53,189 bases of DNA from an uncultured Dehalococcoidia bacterium (GCA_964595285.1 CAZQPS010000023.1:1-53189); one strand, 5' to 3'. Counted from the first letter of the stretch, positions 1 to 10,446 are shown. The notes: a model not told the origin generated them from the letters alone. Translations and numbers: made by a program.

Positions 1-18
1 AGGAAGAGAGAAATCAAT

Positions 19-456
19 ATGGCTCAAATGAATCGCGCTCAGCTAGATACTTTTTTAATAGACAGTGACCACCTTATGAAACTTGCTACACTCACCCCTG
101 ATGGTACCCCCTATGTAAATCCCATCTGGTACGACTATGATGGGACTACATTCCTTATAGCCGGACGCCGAAAGGCAAGATGGGTTGAAAACATAGCAGC
201 AAACCCTCAGGTCTCATTCTGCATCGACACATGCAACCCGCCTTATAGCCGTGTCATTGTTGAAGGCACAGCGGTAATAGAAGACCCTGCCTGGCTAGGT
301 AAATGGGAACATTGGGCAATACGATATCTAGGCGAAACTGCAGGGCATAATTATTATGAAGAAACCAAGGCGACTCCCCGGGCCCTGATTCGTATAAACC
401 CAGAAGTAATCACATCATGGGCAGGCCCAGGATGGCATGCTCGCTATGAAGAGTAG
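19..456 (+). CDS. Pyridoxamine 5'-phosphate oxidase-like (PPOX-class, possibly F420-binding) split-barrel protein
   Basis: LATLTPDGTPYVNPIWY and NIAANPQVSF...VIVEGTA patterns typical of the PNPOx-like family; AGGAAG upstream of the ATG. Confidence 0.8.
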   Translation: MAQMNRAQLDTFLIDSDHLMKLATLTPDGTPYVNPIWYDYDGTTFLIAGRRKARWVENIAANPQVSFCIDTCNPPYSRVIVEGTAVIEDPAWLGKWEHWAIRYLGETAGHNYYEETKATPRALIRINPEVITSWAGPGWHARYEE

Positions 457-635
457 TTATAGCACGATAAGAATACAGTCCTGATACCCTTACTTTGAAG
501 ATAAATTGAATACGCCAGATTTACAAATCGAAGCCACTCGGTTGGCAAATGAAGAAGCAGAACATGCAAAAAGAGACCTTTGTGAATATATGGCTAAATT
601 TGTTTAGAAATCAAAACTGATGCCATGGCAATTTT

Positions 636-1625
636 TTAGAATGTTAGAGATACCTTAAGTGCTCCATCATCCTTGGAATAGGCGAGGTCAAATGCCTCCT
701 GTACATCAGTTATGGGAAACTGATGTGTAACGAACGGTGACATGTCAATGTCGCCTCGTCTTATATAATCAACTGCAAGTCTAAAATCAGGGAGCCCATC
801 CACATCCTGCGCACCAAATGTGGCGTACACATTTAAACGCTTTCTAAAGAATGTGTCCCAATCAAATGGCACTTTGTCCATCGTGGGTGGAAGACCAAAC
901 AAAGCTACAGTACCTAAAGCTTTCGTCATCGCTATGGCCTGATTGAGTGTATCGACACTTCCAACACCTTCTACCACTAAGTCCGCACCATTCCCATCTG
1001 TTAAATCCATAACTGCGTCTACAGCCCTTTGTCCCACAACATCTACAATATCGTCAGCACCCATCGTCCTGCCCGCTTGCCGCCTATTGGCCACAGGCTC
1101 AATCACTATGATACGCTGAGCTCCAAGACGCCGAAGCATAAAATCGTGGAACAGTCCTACAGACCCCTGACCCACAACCACTACTGTTTTACCTAGCACT
1201 TCTGGAAGTTTGCGAGCGCCAAACACCACGGTCCCCAATTGTTGGGCCATCAACAAATGAGGTATGGGAACCCCATCGGGCATTTTCAAAAGAAATTTAG
1301 GATCTATTAATTGGTAACCAGCAAAAGTTTTAGACTCATAAATATTAGGAACCGTTAAAACCAGATCTCCTTTTACAAAATCCTCCACACTAGATTCGAC
1401 TACATAGCCAATTCCTTCGTGACCAGGATACCCATGGGGAAGCGGAAAGTCATAAGCGTTCCAGCCCATATACACTACATGTAGGTCACTTCCACAAATT
1501 GAAGCCATCTCGGTTTTAACCAAAACTTTCCCAGGCTCCATTACAGGTATAGAAATATCATCACATTGAAGCTTGCCAAGATCAATGGCTAAAGCCGCTG
1601 GCATATTACCCATGCTAAGCACCAA
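636..1625 (-). CDS. Zinc-dependent medium-chain dehydrogenase/reductase
   Basis: ICGSDLH and GHEG catalytic-Zn motifs; Rossmann motif VVVGQGSVG; the true start may be the ATG at 1613. Confidence 0.85.
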   Translation of the reverse strand: MVLSMGNMPAALAIDLGKLQCDDISIPVMEPGKVLVKTEMASICGSDLHVVYMGWNAYDFPLPHGYPGHEGIGYVVESSVEDFVKGDLVLTVPNIYESKTFAGYQLIDPKFLLKMPDGVPIPHLLMAQQLGTVVFGARKLPEVLGKTVVVVGQGSVGLFHDFMLRRLGAQRIIVIEPVANRRQAGRTMGADDIVDVVGQRAVDAVMDLTDGNGADLVVEGVGSVDTLNQAIAMTKALGTVALFGLPPTMDKVPFDWDTFFRKRLNVYATFGAQDVDGLPDFRLAVDYIRRGDIDMSPFVTHQFPITDVQEAFDLAYSKDDGALKVSLTF

Positions 1626-1712
1626 CCTACTTTATCTTTAATTCATCAATCAAAATTCTCTATCATATAGGCCGACTCGTCAAGCTATGTGCCAGAAAAA
1701 GGAGAAGAAACT

Positions 1713-2174
1713 ATGAGTTATTTCATTTCAAAGCACGTTTATTTAAGGAAGGGCTATTACAGCAGCTTAATCATGGTCGTATCGGTGTTTTTCGGGTCAT
1801 CAAGCCTAATTGCCGGCGCATCCGCCAGTCACTATTTAGGGGATTTTCTTGATGCAAGAGATTTAGAAATATTTGAAACGGCTGTACGATTTCAAATGTA
1901 TCATTCAATAATCCTACTTATTATAGGTAGCTTGCACACCATAGGTAGAAAGATCAATATATTGAAACTTGGGCTACTAGAGGTCGCTGCTACATTTGTA
2001 GGCGTCGGAATAATTATGTTCAGCGGAAGTTTATATATTCTAGCTATAACGGACTCTGTCAACTGGATCGGACCTCTAACCCCACTGGGTGGAGTTCTAC
2101 TTATCATTGGTTGGTTTTGCTTGGCCTTAGCAGCATTTAATTCGTATTCAAAAATCGAATTAGCCGGCACCTAG
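1713..2174 (+). CDS. DUF423 / YgdD / TMEM256-family membrane protein
   Basis: FETAVRFQMYH, FSGSLY and GPLTPLGG motifs; AGGAGA RBS supports ATG 1713. Confidence 0.85.
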   Translation: MSYFISKHVYLRKGYYSSLIMVVSVFFGSSSLIAGASASHYLGDFLDARDLEIFETAVRFQMYHSIILLIIGSLHTIGRKINILKLGLLEVAATFVGVGIIMFSGSLYILAITDSVNWIGPLTPLGGVLLIIGWFCLALAAFNSYSKIELAGT

Positions 2175-3002
2175 GATTTTAGCAGGATTATATTTGACCA
2201 AAAGAGACACTTCTGCTTCTGACATGCCCTCAGCTAACATTGAAGCAATAGCCATTCTCATGCCTTCTACGGGAGTAGGATTCATCCACTGGCCCAAATC
2301 AGTACTGATAATACAGTGTTCAATTCCTACCTTCCCTAGCATTTTCGCGAAGTCGGTGACTGACAATTTTGTGTCGGACGGCATGCAAGACAAAAATGTA
2401 TACTCCAAACGTGCGCCAAGGCTTATCATCTCCATCTGCTCGTCAAGGGAAGCGGAAAGTGAAGAATTACTAGCGATCATATTGGTAATACCAAAAGATC
2501 GAGCGGTTTCAAATAACTGAATTGTTTCTGAAGGTGAAATATCACCGGATGCAAGCACCATATCGTTGTCCTTGATTACCTTAAGCATTGTCCTTACATT
2601 ACGATTAATCTCTCCAGCATCATCTAAAAGTGGCCTATTAGGGTTTGAGCCTTCTTCATCTCTGTCCCAATTTGACTCATAATCAGAAAGCCAAACTATT
2701 TTCGTGCCCAACTTGCCCGCCGTTTGCACTGCACTAGGATTCAAACCGCCTACAGAATGATTTAGAGTAATGGCCCCATAAACATTTAGCCCTGGATACA
2801 TCTGACCTAAAACATAAGCAAGAGAGGTTGTAGGATAATAATTGGATTTAAGAACCAGGCCTGCCATTTCAGCTTCATAGGCCTCACGGGCTACCTCTAA
2901 GACATCCAATCTTCTCTCTTCAATATCTGGAGCCGCGTGAACATGCAGATCGTAACTACCTTTAAGTATTTGTTCAATTGTGGAATTCATGTATCCTTGC
3001 AT
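2160..3002 (-). CDS. DUF6282-like amidohydrolase/PHP-fold protein
   Basis: N-terminal DLHVHAAPD, LNHSVGGLNP and C-terminal STDLGQ..NP.P.EG; the ATG at 2990 is an alternative start. Confidence 0.65.
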   Translation of the reverse strand: MQGYMNSTIEQILKGSYDLHVHAAPDIEERRLDVLEVAREAYEAEMAGLVLKSNYYPTTSLAYVLGQMYPGLNVYGAITLNHSVGGLNPSAVQTAGKLGTKIVWLSDYESNWDRDEEGSNPNRPLLDDAGEINRNVRTMLKVIKDNDMVLASGDISPSETIQLFETARSFGITNMIASNSSLSASLDEQMEMISLGARLEYTFLSCMPSDTKLSVTDFAKMLGKVGIEHCIISTDLGQWMNPTPVEGMRMAIASMLAEGMSEAEVSLLVKYNPAKILGAG

Positions 3003-3248
3003 CCGTTCTAAAAACCTTCTTTAAGATAAGTAAGTATCTTTAATATAATCAGGAAACTCCATCATATTCAAATGATTTCGTAATCATCAAGGCACTCACG
3101 TAGATTCTTCATTTTCATTTCACATAGATCACCGAAAAACATTGTTCTATTAGACTACGCACCGCCTCGCGCGCTAGTGTACAATATAGATAGATCGTCT
3201 ACAATGAAACTATTAACCTGCCCGTAGGACTTGCAATCAGGAGTTAAC

Positions 3249-3863
3249 TTGTTAAATAAGCTAGGAAAAATTACATCCATTTCCCAGAATCAGGAAGGCC
3301 TTGATGTGCCGCCCGGACAATTCGTAACCAAAAAATTTCCTATCCTGACCTACGGTTCTGTCCCCACTATAAACTTGGAAACCTGGCGCTTCAGGATTTT
3401 TGGACTAGTAAGAGAAGAGGTTTCACTCAATTGGCACGAATTTAACGAACTGCCAAAAGTAGAACTCGAATCAGAATTTCACTGCGTAACCCAATGGAGC
3501 AAACTCGAAAACACGTGGGAAGGGGTACTTTTAAACGATATTCTCCAATTGGTGAATCCATTGGACAATGCCAATTTTGCAATGATTCACTGTTATGGCA
3601 CCTACAGCACCAATCTTCCAATGAGTGTAGCAACTGATGAAGACGTCCTTTTTGCATACAAACACGACGGAGAGATAATCTCCCCCGATCATGGCTGGCC
3701 ACTGCGTTTCGTTGTACCAAAGAGATACGGTTGGAAAAGTGCAAAATGGGTAAACGGATTAGAATTAATGGAGCATGACAAGCCTGGGTTTTGGGAGTCA
3801 AGAGGATACCACAACGAAGGGGACCCTTGGAAAGAGGAGCGGTGGTGGGATAGTTTGACATGA
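3249..3863 (+). CDS. Sulfite oxidase-like molybdopterin-binding oxidoreductase (YuiH-like)
   Basis: PPGQ, FHCVTQWS (Mo-ligating Cys), HGWPLR, YGWKSAKW and GFWE.RGYH motifs; AGGAG at 3239-3243 supports TTG 3249. Confidence 0.85.
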   Translation: MLNKLGKITSISQNQEGLDVPPGQFVTKKFPILTYGSVPTINLETWRFRIFGLVREEVSLNWHEFNELPKVELESEFHCVTQWSKLENTWEGVLLNDILQLVNPLDNANFAMIHCYGTYSTNLPMSVATDEDVLFAYKHDGEIISPDHGWPLRFVVPKRYGWKSAKWVNGLELMEHDKPGFWESRGYHNEGDPWKEERWWDSLT

Positions 3864-4094
3864 ACACCAAAATATAACGCCGCCATCGTGCTACCATTTA
3901 CTATCCTCAAAGACGAAATGAGAACACGATACGGTCAGTCCAAGCAACTTGTAAATTCCCATAAATAATGGATTTCAAGACTCTATAGATCCTTCTCTCC
4001 ACAAGGGTTATAAGGAAAGATTCTTTCCCTTTGCTGCCCATTTGATCCCGCATTTCCAAACAAACCAGATGTGACCTCTATTAAATCATACACC

Positions 4095-4124
4095 TTGACA
4101 TACTTCGTATCAATGTGACAGAAT
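4095..4124 (+). promoter_or_regulatory. Sigma70-type promoter of the hspR-grpE-dnaK operon, overlapped by a HAIR-like inverted repeat (4094-4114)
   Basis: TTGACA (4095-4100), 18 nt spacer, TGnCAGAAT extended -10; CTTGACA-N7-TATCAAT compared with the HAIR consensus CTTGAGT-N7-ACTCAAG. Confidence 0.55.
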
Positions 4125-4246
4125 TATGTAAGCGATGAGTATTAGCAGCTTTATATGAAGAATCCCAGCAACAACCATTGTGTTGGCTGTTTATATCATC
4201 CCTGACTATTTATAATCTCGTCTCAAACCAATCAGGGGACCGAACT

Positions 4247-4615
4247 ATGAGGCAAAGAAGAATTCAAGATGAAGACGTGGAAGGTGTATATATCATAAGC
4301 GTGGCTGCTCGTATTTTAGAAATGCATCCACAAACTTTGAGAAAATACGAAAGAGTGGGCCTTGTACGTCCTTCGAGGACTGTTGGCATGCTCAGGCTAT
4401 ATTCTGAAGAAGATGTTGCTAGATTACGGCTAATAAAACATCTTGTCGGCGAACTAGGCTTAAACTTAGCAGGTGTTCAATTAGCACTGGGCTTATTCAA
4501 CGGTTTGTTAAATATGAAAAGGGCGGTCAATCAACTCCAAGGCCCTAGGCTTAAGCAATCTTTGAACCAGAGTTTAGATGAAATGCTTGAGCTATTACAT
4601 GCCAGATTGAGATAA
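4247..4615 (+). CDS. hspR: HspR-like MerR-family heat-shock repressor
   Basis: YIISVAARILEMHPQTLRKYERVGLVRPSRT...RLYS...GLNLAGV is the HspR pattern; lies directly upstream of grpE-dnaK; AGGGGA RBS. Confidence 0.8.
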   Translation: MRQRRIQDEDVEGVYIISVAARILEMHPQTLRKYERVGLVRPSRTVGMLRLYSEEDVARLRLIKHLVGELGLNLAGVQLALGLFNGLLNMKRAVNQLQGPRLKQSLNQSLDEMLELLHARLR

Positions 4616-4642
4616 TGTTGTGGTTGGAGGTTCCGTAAAAGG

Positions 4643-5248
4643 ATGAGCAATCGAGATAATCTAGAGGAAATGCCTCAGGAAACAGACATATCCCTGGATC
4701 CGACAAGCGAACAAGAAGATCCGTTAGCATCTCATAACCCTCTAGGGGAATATGATGAGTCCGAACCATTGGTAGTCGAACTACATGAGACCAGGAAGGA
4801 ACGGGATAATTTTAAATCTATCGCCCAACGTGCCCAAGCGGACCTGATAAATTACAGAGCACGAGCGCTAGATGAAAAAAATGAAGCAATTAAAAACACC
4901 ACCATAGAACTATTAAAGAAGATTTTAAGTGTGGTGGACGATCTGGAGCGTGCCATTAATCTTATACCCCACGAAGCTGTATCACCAGGATGGATTGAAG
5001 GACTTGAATTAGTGCAACGTAATCTGAGTTCAACATTAAATTCTGAGGGAGTCAAACGCTTGGACTCTCTAAACAACATTTTCGATCCAAGAGTACATGA
5101 AGCACTATCCTACCAAGAATCTGAAGAATTCGATGAAGGCATAGTAGTAGAGGTCTTCAGGGAAGGCTATGAGCTAAATGGGAAAATTATTAGGGCCGCT
5201 CAAGTGATAGTTTCAAAATCAATAAATAGGGATTCCCAGGGAATCTAA
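4643..5248 (+). CDS. grpE: Nucleotide exchange factor GrpE
   Basis: RAQADLINYR, VVDDLERA, FDPRVHEA and GYELNGKIIRAAQV motifs; GGAGG RBS. Confidence 0.95.
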   Translation: MSNRDNLEEMPQETDISLDPTSEQEDPLASHNPLGEYDESEPLVVELHETRKERDNFKSIAQRAQADLINYRARALDEKNEAIKNTTIELLKKILSVVDDLERAINLIPHEAVSPGWIEGLELVQRNLSSTLNSEGVKRLDSLNNIFDPRVHEALSYQESEEFDEGIVVEVFREGYELNGKIIRAAQVIVSKSINRDSQGI

Positions 5249-5275
5249 TCTAAGATCAAATCAGGAGACACTGTA

Positions 5276-7183
5276 ATGGCTAAAATCCTCGGAATAGACT
5301 TAGGAACCACCAATTCAGCGATGGCCGTCGTGGAAGCCGGCGAACCTAGAATTTCGGAGAACTCTGAAGGGGGACGTACTACACCTTCAGTTGTCGCACT
5401 TAATTCGAGAACTGGCGAACGCTACGTGGGAATGACAGCGAAACGCCAAGCAGTCACTAACCCAGAAAACACTATTTATTCGGTAAAACGTCTCATGGGG
5501 CGCAGGTTCGCAGATGAAAGTGTTGTTCAAGACTTGCCCCTTCTTTCATATGAGGTAGTGAAGCATGACAATAATGATGCTTATGTAAAAATGGGTGACA
5601 GAAACTACGCTCCTCCTGAAATTTCAGCTATGGTGCTACAGAAACTAAAGCAGGATGCAGAAGCAAAACTAAATGAAACTATAACGCAGGCCGTAATCAC
5701 GGTACCGGCGTATTTCAACGACAGTCAAAGAAACGCGACTAAGGACGCAGGACGCATAGCCGGGCTCGAGGTTCTGAGAATATTAAATGAGCCTACAGCG
5801 GCTGCCTTAGCTTATGGATTAGATAAGCAATCTGATGAAACGATAGCAGTTTATGATCTTGGCGGAGGTACGTTCGACATAACTATTCTTCAAATAGGCG
5901 ATGGAGTTTTTGAAGTCAAAGCCACCAATGGCGATACTCATCTCGGAGGCGACGATTTTGATCAGCGAATCGTCGATTGGATATCAGAAGAATTCAAAAA
6001 AGAACAAGGTATAGATCTCAAGCAAGATAACATGGCCCTCCAAAGACTAAAAGAAGCTGCCGAGCGAGCCAAGATTGAATTATCCACACTTATGCAAACG
6101 GAAATAAATTTACCCTTCATAACTGCAGACGCTACTGGGCCCAAACACATGGTCATGACCCTGACTAGAGCCAAACTAGAACAATTAGTGGAGGACTTGA
6201 TTAGGCGTTCTGTAGAGCCTTGTAAGCAAGCGTTATCTGACGCAGGAATATCAGCGAGTGAAATAGACGAGATAGTTATGGTTGGCGGAATGACTCGTAT
6301 GCCTAAGGTAGTAGAAATCACCCAAGAACTCTTCGGCAAAGAGCCTCATCAAGGCGTTAATCCTGATGAGGTCGTAGCTATGGGAGCAGCCATCCAAGCA
6401 GGCGTCCTACAAGGAGAAGTACAAGATCTCTTACTACTGGACGTCACCCCGCTAAGTTTGGGTATCGAAACCCTTGGAGGAGTGTCTACAACACTAATAG
6501 AACGTAACACTACAATCCCAACTTCCAAAAGTGAGACGTTTAGCACTGCAGCTGACAATCAGCCAAGTGTAGAAGTTCATGTTGTTCAAGGTGAGCGTAG
6601 TATGGCTTCCGAAAACAAAAGTATAGGAAGATTCATGCTAGACGGTATCTTGCCAGCTCCTCGTGGGGTTCCACAGATCTCAGTCACATTTGACATTGAC
6701 GCCAACGGCATACTGAACGTTTCTGCCAAAGATACTGGCACCGGTAAGGAGCAACGTATAACTATTACGGCTAGTTCCGGACTAAGTGAAAATGAAATAG
6801 AAGATATGGTACGGGACGCTGAACAGCATGCAGACGAAGACCAAAAGCGAAGAGATCAAGTGCAAGCGCAAAATACCATGGATAATCTCATTTATACTGC
6901 TCAAAAATTATTGGATGATAACAGTGACACAATCCCAGAAGATATTAAAGCCAACATAACAGATAAGATTAGCTCAGCTAAAGCCGCTATTGAAGTCGGG
7001 GACGCAGACCAAATTCAAACCGCTTCTGACGAATTGCAAGAGGCACTCCAAAAAGCCGGTGAAGCTGTATATTCTCAAAGCGGATCGAACGACGATCTAG
7101 GATCTGAAGGTACGGATTCTCAGTCGCCCAAGGAAAAAGCCGATGATGGAGATACAGTAGAAGGGGAATTTCGAGAAGTATAA
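5276..7183 (+). CDS. dnaK: Molecular chaperone DnaK (Hsp70)
   Basis: [23 protein letters not shown] and [11 protein letters not shown] motifs. Confidence 0.99.
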   Translation: MAKILGIDLGTTNSAMAVVEAGEPRISENSEGGRTTPSVVALNSRTGERYVGMTAKRQAVTNPENTIYSVKRLMGRRFADESVVQDLPLLSYEVVKHDNNDAYVKMGDRNYAPPEISAMVLQKLKQDAEAKLNETITQAVITVPAYFNDSQRNATKDAGRIAGLEVLRILNEPTAAALAYGLDKQSDETIAVYDLGGGTFDITILQIGDGVFEVKATNGDTHLGGDDFDQRIVDWISEEFKKEQGIDLKQDNMALQRLKEAAERAKIELSTLMQTEINLPFITADATGPKHMVMTLTRAKLEQLVEDLIRRSVEPCKQALSDAGISASEIDEIVMVGGMTRMPKVVEITQELFGKEPHQGVNPDEVVAMGAAIQAGVLQGEVQDLLLLDVTPLSLGIETLGGVSTTLIERNTTIPTSKSETFSTAADNQPSVEVHVVQGERSMASENKSIGRFMLDGILPAPRGVPQISVTFDIDANGILNVSAKDTGTGKEQRITITASSGLSENEIEDMVRDAEQHADEDQKRRDQVQAQNTMDNLIYTAQKLLDDNSDTIPEDIKANITDKISSAKAAIEVGDADQIQTASDELQEALQKAGEAVYSQSGSNDDLGSEGTDSQSPKEKADDGDTVEGEFREV

Positions 7184-7205
7184 AGTTTCTTTCGTTCAAT
7201 ACCTT

Positions 7206-7251
7206 TAATAAAGAACGGGCCGCTTGTTGACAAGCGGCCCGTTCTTTATTA
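7206..7251. terminator. Bidirectional intrinsic terminator between convergent dnaK and rpsI
   Basis: Perfect 22-bp inverted repeat TAATAAAGAACGGGCCGCTTGT-tg-ACAAGCGGCCCGTTCTTTATTA, giving a U-rich tail in both directions. Confidence 0.9.
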
Positions 7252-7277
7252 GATCCACAATTACTATTTCACAATGA

Positions 7278-7676
7278 TCACCGTTTGGTGAATTGTTTTG
7301 CTTTTCTGGCCTTTTTAAGCCCGTACTTCCGTCTTTCTTTAACTCTTGGATCGCGTGTTAGTAATCCCGCTCTTTTAAGTGGGGTGCGGAGATTGGGATC
7401 TGCAATCTGCAGTGCTCTCGCTATCCCATGCCTTATGGCTCCTGCTTGACCTGTTATACCCCCACCACTAACTTTAGCTACAACTCGAAAACGACCTTGG
7501 GTATCAGACGTTCTAAATGGTTCATTTATCACTCGTTGCCAGTTTTCCCACGGAAAAGCCTCTTCAATCGGTTTGCCATTAACCACAACAGGCCCTTTTT
7601 CCATATACAGCCTCACCCTGGCAATAGCATTTTTGCGCCTACCTGTGGCATAGTAGTATTGTTGTTGAGTCGTCAA
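7278..7676 (-). CDS. rpsI: 30S ribosomal protein S9
   Basis: [30 protein letters not shown] and C-terminal QFTKR. Confidence 0.97.
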   Translation of the reverse strand: MTTQQQYYYATGRRKNAIARVRLYMEKGPVVVNGKPIEEAFPWENWQRVINEPFRTSDTQGRFRVVAKVSGGGITGQAGAIRHGIARALQIADPNLRTPLKRAGLLTRDPRVKERRKYGLKKARKAKQFTKR

Positions 7677-7701
7677 TTAAGCTCCCTCCGGTTACTAAAC
7701 A

Positions 7702-8139
7702 TCATGTGACATTACCTTTTATCTGAGCCTCATGTGGATGATCTGGGCCAGCATACACTTTCATCCGAGCTAGCATATGACGACCAAGGGCATTCTTGGG
7801 CAGCATACCCTTCACGGAATGTTTTATAGCACGCGTTGGATCTCTCTCCAGGACCTGTTCCAACGTCCTCTCTTTTAAACCTCCGTGATACCCACTGTGC
7901 TTATAGTACATCTTTTGGGCACGTTTGTTGCCAGTAACATGAATCTTTTCTGCATTTACTACTATTACGTAATCCCCCGTATTCAGATGGGGAACATATA
8001 TAGGTTTATGCTTGCCCTGTAGCAACACGGCGATTTCAGATGAAAGCCTTCCCAATGTCTTATTCTCAGCATCTATTAGATGCCACTCAGGCGTCAATTC
8101 AGATGCCTTTGTCTGATATGCTTTGTATCCTGTTGCCAT
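7702..8139 (-). CDS. rplM: 50S ribosomal protein L13
   Basis: [23 protein letters not shown] and GMLPKN motifs; start taken at ATG 8139. Confidence 0.97.
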   Translation of the reverse strand: MATGYKAYQTKASELTPEWHLIDAENKTLGRLSSEIAVLLQGKHKPIYVPHLNTGDYVIVVNAEKIHVTGNKRAQKMYYKHSGYHGGLKERTLEQVLERDPTRAIKHSVKGMLPKNALGRHMLARMKVYAGPDHPHEAQIKGNVT

Positions 8140-8143
8140 GGTT

Positions 8144-8920
8144 CTATTCACCAACTCTCGGAGGAAAATCTTTGTATTCTACACTTACCAATTTAAGACC
8201 CTGCGGAGGCAAACTATGAGCTATCCCTTCAACCCCATTACCCTCAATCATACCTCTAACAACACTAGGCTCAAGTTTCCCTCTTCCCACATCCAGAATT
8301 GCTCCCGCCATTCGCCTAACCTGATGTGGAAGGAAGGCGTTCCCTTGAATCTCTAATTCTAAAATGTCACCGTAATCCTTCATTTCTATTTTATATATTC
8401 TTCTAACTGTACTGGCGTCTTTGCTCTCTAGTGGACCAGCAAACCGTTTGAAGTCATGACAGCCTTTGAATGATAAAGCAGTTGTTCTCATCTTTTCTAT
8501 ATCGATATCTACAGGTATCCTATGACTAGTCGTTCTCCTAATGGGAGAACGAGTACGACTCCTAAAAAACGAGTATACATACGTGCGACTTAAGGCTTCT
8601 CTACGTGGATCAAAAGTCTGTGACACAACGTGTGCATCTTTGACAGCTATATCTGAAGGGAGAAAGTGATTTAGCCCCCTACGAACATCAATACACGTTA
8701 GCCCACTTACAAGTTCAAAACATACTACCTGACCTAGAGCATGTACACGAGCATCTGTCCTACCAGCAGCCTTGACTCTAACTCGTTCTCCAGTGAGAGC
8801 TTTTATTGATTTTTCAAGTTCCTCCTGTATTGTGGGGACATCCTTCTGATATTGGAACCCACAATAGTTAGTACCGTCATATTCCAAAACTACTGCCAGT
8901 TTCATCCTGGCATCCCTCAA
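8144..8920 (-). CDS. truA: tRNA pseudouridine(38-40) synthase TruA
   Basis: [18 protein letters not shown] and FLPHQVRRM motifs. Confidence 0.95.
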   Translation of the reverse strand: MRDARMKLAVVLEYDGTNYCGFQYQKDVPTIQEELEKSIKALTGERVRVKAAGRTDARVHALGQVVCFELVSGLTCIDVRRGLNHFLPSDIAVKDAHVVSQTFDPRREALSRTYVYSFFRSRTRSPIRRTTSHRIPVDIDIEKMRTTALSFKGCHDFKRFAGPLESKDASTVRRIYKIEMKDYGDILELEIQGNAFLPHQVRRMAGAILDVGRGKLEPSVVRGMIEGNGVEGIAHSLPPQGLKLVSVEYKDFPPRVGE

Positions 8921-8930
8921 ATCTATATTT

Positions 8931-9287
8931 CTATGATGGCATTAACTCGATCATGGCCATCATAGCTGCATCACCCTTCCTAGGCGCCATTTTTATCACC
9001 CGGGTATAGCCCCCATTTCGATCCTCATAACGCTCTGAGAGCTCGGAAAACACTTTACGCACAGCACTTTTTTGAGTCAAGACGCCCGCACACCTGCGCC
9101 TATCGTGGAGGGTACCTGCTTTGCCATAACTTATAATTTTTTCAGCCATCCTACGAACTTCTTTGGCCTTAGCCTCGGTCGTCGTAACCGACTCGTGTTC
9201 GATCAAATCAGTCACCATACCCCTCAGCATTGCTAGTCTATGTGATGTGGGTCGGCCAAGTTTTCGACCGGCCAATTTATGTCTCAT
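8931..9287 (-). CDS. rplQ: 50S ribosomal protein L17
   Basis: MRHK...KLGR..SHR, TTEAKAKE and RNGGYTR motifs. Confidence 0.97.
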   Translation of the reverse strand: MRHKLAGRKLGRPTSHRLAMLRGMVTDLIEHESVTTTEAKAKEVRRMAEKIISYGKAGTLHDRRRCAGVLTQKSAVRKVFSELSERYEDRNGGYTRVIKMAPRKGDAAMMAMIELMPS

Positions 9288-9369
9288 GATATTGCCTGCA
9301 CCGTTCTCTAAATTTTTCTCCGCCAGCCAAACTCATCGTCAAGCTCGTATATAATTCCGATGAAAATTC

Positions 9370-10401
9370 TCACTCTTCTACTACCTCTGTTCCGGTGTCT
9401 GGTTCTTCTGCAACCACAGCCGGATCCAAGTCAGGGGGGAGTAGATCCATTTCCCTTAACTTATCAAATAATTCAGTGTAAGACTTCTCACCAAAATTCC
9501 TTATCGCGAGGAGCTCTGATTTATTCATTTCAAGAACCTCACCAACCTTATTGATCCCAGCTCTTTTAAGGCAGTTCAGGGTCCTTGAAGATAAATCAAG
9601 ACGCTCCACCTGAACGTTATATTGCTTAGGCTCTATACTCGGGATCTTAGGCATTGAATCGGGGTCGTCAGATTCCATCTGTAACTTTGCAAACATGAAG
9701 AACTTGTTCATCAGGAGATCACCCGCTTGCCTCACTGCAACCACAGGATCTATAGAACCATCGGTCCAGACTTCTATAACCAGTCTCTCGAAGTCAGTTC
9801 TCTGTCCAACTCTAGTATTTTCTACCTTAAAATTCACTTTCCTAACTGGCGTGTATACAGCATCCACAGGAAGAACACCAATTGGCTGTCCCTCCGAGTT
9901 TCCTGCCACGTCATAACCAACCCCTCTCTCCACGTTAAACTCCACAGCTAATTTAGCTTCTGAAGAATCAAGTGTTGCAAGGTGCAGTTCAGGATTCACG
10001 ACTTCAAAATCAGAAGATGCCATGATGTCAGCAGCACTCACTTCGCCTTCACCAGCAACTTCTAATCTCAACTTACCAGGCCGGTCCACCTCTGACCGCA
10101 AACGGATGCCCTTAACATTCAGGAGGAACTCTGACACTTCCTCCTTTACATGAGGTATCGTGCCATACTCGTGCAAAACACCCTCTATCTTAATCCACGT
10201 AACCGCAGTGCCCTGCAAAGAACTATATAGCACCCGTCTCAGTGGATTGCCAAGAGTCATGCCGTATCCCTGCTCTAAGGGCTCTATAGCGAACTTGCCA
10301 TATCTATCATCCGCATCCAATACGGAGATCTGAGGAAGAGGAATCTGTTCCTCTTCTTCCTCTGCTTCTGGCGTGGCAAATGTTTGTAGTTCTATCACCA
10401 T
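9370..10401 (-). CDS. rpoA: RNA polymerase alpha subunit
   Basis: EPLEQGYGMTLGNPLRR, GVLHE, PVDAVYTPV and LSSRTLNCLKRAGI..RNFGEKS motifs. Confidence 0.98.
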   Translation of the reverse strand: MVIELQTFATPEAEEEEEQIPLPQISVLDADDRYGKFAIEPLEQGYGMTLGNPLRRVLYSSLQGTAVTWIKIEGVLHEYGTIPHVKEEVSEFLLNVKGIRLRSEVDRPGKLRLEVAGEGEVSAADIMASSDFEVVNPELHLATLDSSEAKLAVEFNVERGVGYDVAGNSEGQPIGVLPVDAVYTPVRKVNFKVENTRVGQRTDFERLVIEVWTDGSIDPVVAVRQAGDLLMNKFFMFAKLQMESDDPDSMPKIPSIEPKQYNVQVERLDLSSRTLNCLKRAGINKVGEVLEMNKSELLAIRNFGEKSYTELFDKLREMDLLPPDLDPAVVAEEPDTGTEVVEE

Positions 10402-10446
10402 GTAGACATACCCCTACCTAAATTATTACGAAATATCCAAGTTTAA

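Noticed and set aside
3907-4053. ~48-aa minus-strand frame (MRDQMGSKGKESF...) between the molybdoenzyme gene and hspR
   Set aside because: Short, with a weak RBS and no motif; it cannot be told apart from chance
4178-4246. Longer N-termini given by the ORF track for hspR (and likewise for rplF, rplW, rpsC, rplM)
   Set aside because: Downstream ATGs fit the RBS positions or family N-termini better, so these are not real extensions
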